Assembly: GCF_017853185.1 (NCBI RefSeq)
Contig: NZ_JAFMJZ010000001.1
Location: 7,868 to 71,867, forward strand
DNA length: 64,000 nt
DNA from: Mycolicibacterium sp.
GTDB lineage: Bacteria; Actinomycetota; Actinomycetes; Mycobacteriales; Mycobacteriaceae
Direction of reading: 5' to 3'
Below, in pieces: positions 60,243 to 64,000 of the stretch. Every line of letters begins with the position of its first letter. The first letter of the stretch is position 1. The translations under genes and the position numbers were made by a program. The notes below the pieces were generated by a model that saw nothing but the letters and a program-made list of their open reading frames with translations, did not search any database and was not told where the DNA came from.

Positions 60243-60944
60243 TCAGGCTCGCAGCGTCGACATTCCTCCGTCGAGGCCGAGCACCTGTCCGGTGATCCAG
60301 CCGCTTTCCGGTGAGAGCAGGAACCGCGCCGCCGCTGCCGCGTCGGCCGGCGTTCCGAATCTCTTGAGGGGATAGCGCGATGCCATGGCCTCACGCTTCT
60401 CCGGTGTGTTGAGCATCCGGTCTACCAGTGGGGTGTCGACCAGGGCCGGGGCGACGGCGTTGACGCGGACCTTCGGCGCCCACTCCGCGGCAAGGGAACG
60501 CACCAGGCCTTCCACCGCGCCCTTGGCCGCGGCCACCGAGGAGTGCATCGGCATTCCCTGGCCGACCGCCACCGTGCTGAACAGCACCACGCTGGCCGGT
60601 TCGCCGTCGACACCCTTGAGTCGCGGCTGACACGCCTTCAAAAACCGCACCGCACCAAGCAGATTGACCTCCCAGTCGGTACGGAAGTCCGCTTCCGACA
60701 GCGCCCGGAAGCTCTTCAGGTTCACCGTGCCGGGGCAGTACACCGCACCCTGGATCGACTCGGGCGGCTCAGGCAGCGGGTCGGTCCCGGTGAGGTCACA
60801 CGCATGATGGTGGACCGGTCCCCCGATCGGGAGTTCGTCTGCTGATCGCGACCAGACGTCGATGCGCTCGGCAGAGGGAGTCAGCAGGGTGACGAGTTCG
60901 CGTCCGATTCCCCGACTGCCACCCGCGATCAGGTAGGTGCTCAC
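60243..60944 (-). CDS. SDR-family oxidoreductase
   Basis: AGGSRGIG and AAAKGAVE motifs. 233 aa. Confidence 0.8.
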   Translation of the reverse strand: MSTYLIAGGSRGIGRELVTLLTPSAERIDVWSRSADELPIGGPVHHHACDLTGTDPLPEPPESIQGAVYCPGTVNLKSFRALSEADFRTDWEVNLLGAVRFLKACQPRLKGVDGEPASVVLFSTVAVGQGMPMHSSVAAAKGAVEGLVRSLAAEWAPKVRVNAVAPALVDTPLVDRMLNTPEKREAMASRYPLKRFGTPADAAAAARFLLSPESGWITGQVLGLDGGMSTLRA

Positions 60945-60950
60945 CGGGAA

Positions 60951-61319
60951 TCAGGCCGAACGGGCGCGTCGGGCGGCGATGAAGGACCGCACCCCCAGTG
61001 CCAGGTACACCAGCGAGAGGGCCGCGGTGGCGGCCTGGGCATAGACGGCGGCCGGACGTTCGGCGGTGCCGTCGATCGCGGCAGGCAGTTTCAGCACCCC
61101 GCGTGCCGTGCCCAGCAGTGCGAGCAGACCGATCAGCAGAGCGGCGTGCATGACGTGCATGCGCAGGTTCTCCTTGCCGGCAAGGAGTCCCAGCACCAAC
61201 AGCACGACGCCGATGGCGGCCGGGATGAGAGCGGTCTTGTGGACGGCTCCGGTGAGGAAGAAGCCGGCCAGGCCGAGCGCGATGTAAATGAGCGAGAAGA
61301 TCACGGTGATCCGGGGCAT
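60951..61319 (-). CDS. small membrane protein (about 4 TM)
   Basis: 122 aa, almost entirely hydrophobic segments. No family recognised. Confidence 0.55.
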   Translation of the reverse strand: MPRITVIFSLIYIALGLAGFFLTGAVHKTALIPAAIGVVLLVLGLLAGKENLRMHVMHAALLIGLLALLGTARGVLKLPAAIDGTAERPAAVYAQAATAALSLVYLALGVRSFIAARRARSA

Positions 61320-61378
61320 AGACGAAGCGTAGAGACCGAGGGGCCGCCCGGCCCCGGTGGGTCATTTACAGTGGCGCG

Positions 61379-62275
61379 ATGAGCACTCCGGGGTTCGCTG
61401 TGCCCGCTGATGCGGTGTTGATCAGCGACGGCGGCCTGGCGACCGAACTCGAAGCACGCGGCCACGACCTCTCCGACGACCTCTGGTCGGCGCGACTGTT
61501 GTCCGAGGACCCGCAGGAGATCGTCGCGGTGCACGAGGCGTTCTTCCGCGCCGGGGCGCAGATCGCGACCACCGCCAGTTACCAGGCGTCGTTCGAGGGA
61601 TTCGCCCGCCGGGGAATCGACCGGGCCGGCGCCGAACACCTCATGCGCCGCAGCGTCGAGTTGGCCAAGTCCGCCCGGGATACCGCGCCGGCGCCGGCCT
61701 GGGTGGCGGCCTCCGTCGGACCGTACGGGGCGATGCTCGCCCACGGCGAGGAGTACCGCGGGCGCTACGGCCTCAGTGTCGCCGAACTGGCCGCGTGGCA
61801 CCGCCCGCGACTGGAGGTGCTGATCGCCACCGAGCCGGATGTCCTTGCGCTGGAGACGATCCCGGACAGCGACGAGGCCGAGGCGCTGGTCGGCCTGGTG
61901 CACGAACTGCGGGCGCCGGCCTGGCTGAGCTACACCATCGACGGTGATGCGACCCGCGCCGGACAGCCCCTCGAGGAGGCGTTCGCCGTCACCGCCGGAG
62001 TGGACGAGATCGTCGCCGTCGGCGTCAACTGCTGCGCTCCCGGCGATGTGCTGGGTGCCGTCACCACCGCGCGCCGGGTCAGCGGCAAGCCGGTGATCGT
62101 CTACCCCAACAGCGGCGAGGTCTGGGACGGGCTGAACCGGGTCTGGGTCGGCACTCCCGGCATGGACACCGGCCTGGCGGCCGAGTGGGTGGACGCCGGA
62201 GCCCGGATCGTGGGCGGCTGCTGCCGGGTGCACCCGGACGACATCGCCGCGATGGCCGCGTCGGTCGGGCGGTAG
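61379..62275 (+). CDS. mmuM: homocysteine S-methyltransferase
   Basis: DGGLATELE, VGVNC and GGCCRV zinc-ligand Cys motifs. Confidence 0.85.
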   Translation: MSTPGFAVPADAVLISDGGLATELEARGHDLSDDLWSARLLSEDPQEIVAVHEAFFRAGAQIATTASYQASFEGFARRGIDRAGAEHLMRRSVELAKSARDTAPAPAWVAASVGPYGAMLAHGEEYRGRYGLSVAELAAWHRPRLEVLIATEPDVLALETIPDSDEAEALVGLVHELRAPAWLSYTIDGDATRAGQPLEEAFAVTAGVDEIVAVGVNCCAPGDVLGAVTTARRVSGKPVIVYPNSGEVWDGLNRVWVGTPGMDTGLAAEWVDAGARIVGGCCRVHPDDIAAMAASVGR

Positions 62276-62330
62276 GTTCCTGGTGGCGTCCGCACGATTC
62301 GCGGGCAAGTAAGGCGACGAGAGGGTCGAC

Positions 62331-63257
62331 GTGTTCACTGGACAGGGCATCGGGCAGCGCTGGTTCAAGGCGGCCGCTGTGGTCACCATTTCGGGAGCTG
62401 TGGTGCTCTCGGGCTGCGCGAAGAACACCGAGTCGAAGTCGGCGGAGCCGTCCTCCCCCGCCAAGACCACCGAGGTCAAGCCGCAGAAGGTCGATGCCCT
62501 CGCCGCCGGCGTGCCCGAGGACATCCGCAAGTCCGGCAAGCTCGTCGTCGGCGTGACCATCCCCTACACGCCCAACGAGTACAAGGATCCGGACGGCAAG
62601 ATCGTCGGCTTTGACGTCGACCTGCTCGACGCCGTCGCCGCCACGCTCGGCCTGACCACCGACTACCGCGAGTCCGACTTCGCCAGGATCATCCCGTCGA
62701 TCGACGGCGGCACCTACAACGTCGGCATGTCCTCGTTCACCGACACCAAGGAACGCGAGCAGCAGGTGGACTTCGTCACCTACTTCTCCGCCGGCAGCCA
62801 GTGGGCGCAGAAGGCCGATGCGGGCATCGACCCGAACAACGCGTGCGGCAAGAAGGTCTCGGCGATGGCCGCCAGCACCCAGCAGACCGACGAACTGCCG
62901 GCCAAGAGCAAGGCGTGCGTCAACGCCGGCAAGCCCGAGATCGAGATCATCACCTTCGACGGCCAGGACGCGGTGACCAATGCCGTGGTGCTCGGTCAGG
63001 CCGACGCGATGTCGGCGGATTCCCCGGTGACCGCGTGGGCCATCAAGCAGAGCAACGGCAAGCTGGAATCCGCCGGTGAGGTGTTCGACTCCGCGCCCTA
63101 CGGGTGGCCGGTGAAGAAGGGCTCGCCGCTGGCGCAGTCGCTGCAGAAGGCGCTCGAGCACCTGATCGCCAGCGGCGACTACAAGAACATCGTCGCCAAG
63201 TGGGGTCTGGAAGCCGGCGCCATCGACAAGCCCGCCATCAACGGGGCGATCAGCTAA
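62331..63257 (+). CDS. amino-acid ABC transporter solute-binding lipoprotein (family 3)
   Basis: Lipobox VLSGC. GKLVVGVTIPYTPNEYKDPDGKIVGFDVDL is typical of GlnH-type SBPs. Confidence 0.85.
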   Translation: MFTGQGIGQRWFKAAAVVTISGAVVLSGCAKNTESKSAEPSSPAKTTEVKPQKVDALAAGVPEDIRKSGKLVVGVTIPYTPNEYKDPDGKIVGFDVDLLDAVAATLGLTTDYRESDFARIIPSIDGGTYNVGMSSFTDTKEREQQVDFVTYFSAGSQWAQKADAGIDPNNACGKKVSAMAASTQQTDELPAKSKACVNAGKPEIEIITFDGQDAVTNAVVLGQADAMSADSPVTAWAIKQSNGKLESAGEVFDSAPYGWPVKKGSPLAQSLQKALEHLIASGDYKNIVAKWGLEAGAIDKPAINGAIS

Positions 63258-64000
63258 CCGTTTCTTTCGTGTCTTTCGTCGCGATCGACAGCCCGGCTGC
63301 GATCGCGCACGTCGCCGCGCCGGCCCACCACGCATAGGTGTAGGTTCCGAAAACGTCGCGAATGACCCCGGTGGCGAATGCCGCTGCGGCAGCGCCGATC
63401 TGGTGTGCGGCGAACACCCAACCGAACACGATGGTGCCGCGATCCCCGAAGATCTCGCGGCACAGGGCCACCGTGGGCGGAACCGTCGCGACCCAGTCCA
63501 GGCCGTAGACGACGATGAACAGAATCATGCTGGGATGCACCCGGTCCGACAGCAGGCTCGGCAGCATGAGCAACCCGATCCCGCGGAATCCGTAGTAGGC
63601 GGCCAACAGCTTGCGCGGGTCGACCTTGTCGGTGAGCCAACCCGAGGCGATGGTGCCCGCGATGTCGAAGACTCCGACGACCGCCAGCAGTCCGGCGGCG
63701 GTGGTGGTCGACATGCCGTGGTCGTGTGCGGACGGAATGAAGTGAATCCCGATGAGACCGTTGGTGGTCGCTCCGCAGATGGCGAAGGCGATCGCCAACG
63801 CCCAGAACGCCCGAGTGTGCGAGGCGTAATGAAGTCCATCCAGGGCACGCCGCGTCGCGCCGCCGGACTCCCGCGCAGGCTCGAGGTAAGTGTCGGGATC
63901 GGCGCCGTACGGGAGCACGTCCCGGTCGGCGGGGTAGTTGCGAATCACCATCCATACCAACGGAACTGCGGCCACCGCCGCGGCCGCGATCAGCAGTGAA
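63250..64000 (-). CDS. MFS transporter, C-terminal half (5' end outside window)
   Basis: The frame stays open upstream of the GTG at 63975 to the window edge (SLLIAAAAVAAVPLVW). Six hydrophobic segments. Confidence 0.7.
   Translation of the reverse strand, partial: SLLIAAAAVAAVPLVWMVIRNYPADRDVLPYGADPDTYLEPARESGGATRRALDGLHYASHTRAFWALAIAFAICGATTNGLIGIHFIPSAHDHGMSTTTAAGLLAVVGVFDIAGTIASGWLTDKVDPRKLLAAYYGFRGIGLLMLPSLLSDRVHPSMILFIVVYGLDWVATVPPTVALCREIFGDRGTIVFGWVFAAHQIGAAAAAFATGVIRDVFGTYTYAWWAGAATCAIAAGLSIATKDTKETVS

Noticed and set aside
61320-61378. SAM/SAH-type riboswitch upstream of the homocysteine S-methyltransferase gene.
   Set aside because: The leader is only about 59 nt between the divergent membrane-protein start and the ATG. 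That is too short for the known SAM riboswitch classes, and I see no conserved pseudoknot-forming strings.
1-64000. Search for tRNA, rRNA, transposase, integrase or prophage genes.
   Set aside because: The largest non-coding gaps are under about 380 nt. None shows tRNA-like acceptor/anticodon pairing that I could trace by eye, and no ORF translation shows DDE, tyrosine or serine recombinase motifs. This is absence by inspection only; a tRNAscan/Infernal run would be decisive.

Overview
GC-rich actinobacterial chromosome segment. It looks Mycobacteriaceae-like: MspA-type porin, PE-PPE domain protein, DesA-type desaturase, fused HadA/HadB dehydratase, WS/DGAT and an F420-type LLM oxidoreductase are all present. 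I support about 66 protein-coding genes. Many are translationally coupled through ATGA, GTGA or TGATG overlaps. I found no rRNA, tRNA, CRISPR array, transposase or integrase. Recognisable modules are: a phosphate module (PiT, DUF47, PPK2); an arsenic operon (arsR divergent from arsI/cadI-acr3-arsC, plus an extra TauD/TfdA dioxygenase); three secreted glycoside hydrolases (GH78-like, GH6, GH16); lipid genes (desaturase, double-hotdog dehydratase, WS/DGAT); polyamine genes (fused AdoMet decarboxylase/spermidine synthase, Orn/Lys/Arg-type decarboxylase); prfC and an ABC-F ATPase; and a deoD-MFS-ltrA operon. The items most worth a second look are listed here. (1) A ~5 kb block (42.9-47.9 kb) is bracketed by a 78-nt imperfect direct repeat that duplicates the 5' end of a lipoprotein serine hydrolase gene. 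The block carries an S53 peptidase / membrane protein / orphan solute-binding lipoprotein operon and a double zinc-ribbon polytopic membrane protein. (2) A 2OG/Fe(II) dioxygenase is translationally coupled to the end of the ars operon. (3) An orphan, divergent PII-like protein lies next to a TVP38/DedA membrane protein. (4) A 28-nt perfect palindrome and a third copy of its arm sit between a PLP decarboxylase gene and a strongly SD-preceded 51-codon ORF. (5) Triple tandem repeats of 15-18 bp occur at the 3' ends of several genes; two of them flank the GH6 gene. (6) A His/Pro-rich repeat extension precedes the signal sequence of the GH16 enzyme. (7) A RipA-like coiled coil is fused to a LAS-type zinc peptidase domain. 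All family assignments come from reading the translated ORFs and from my memory of family motifs. No database search was run.
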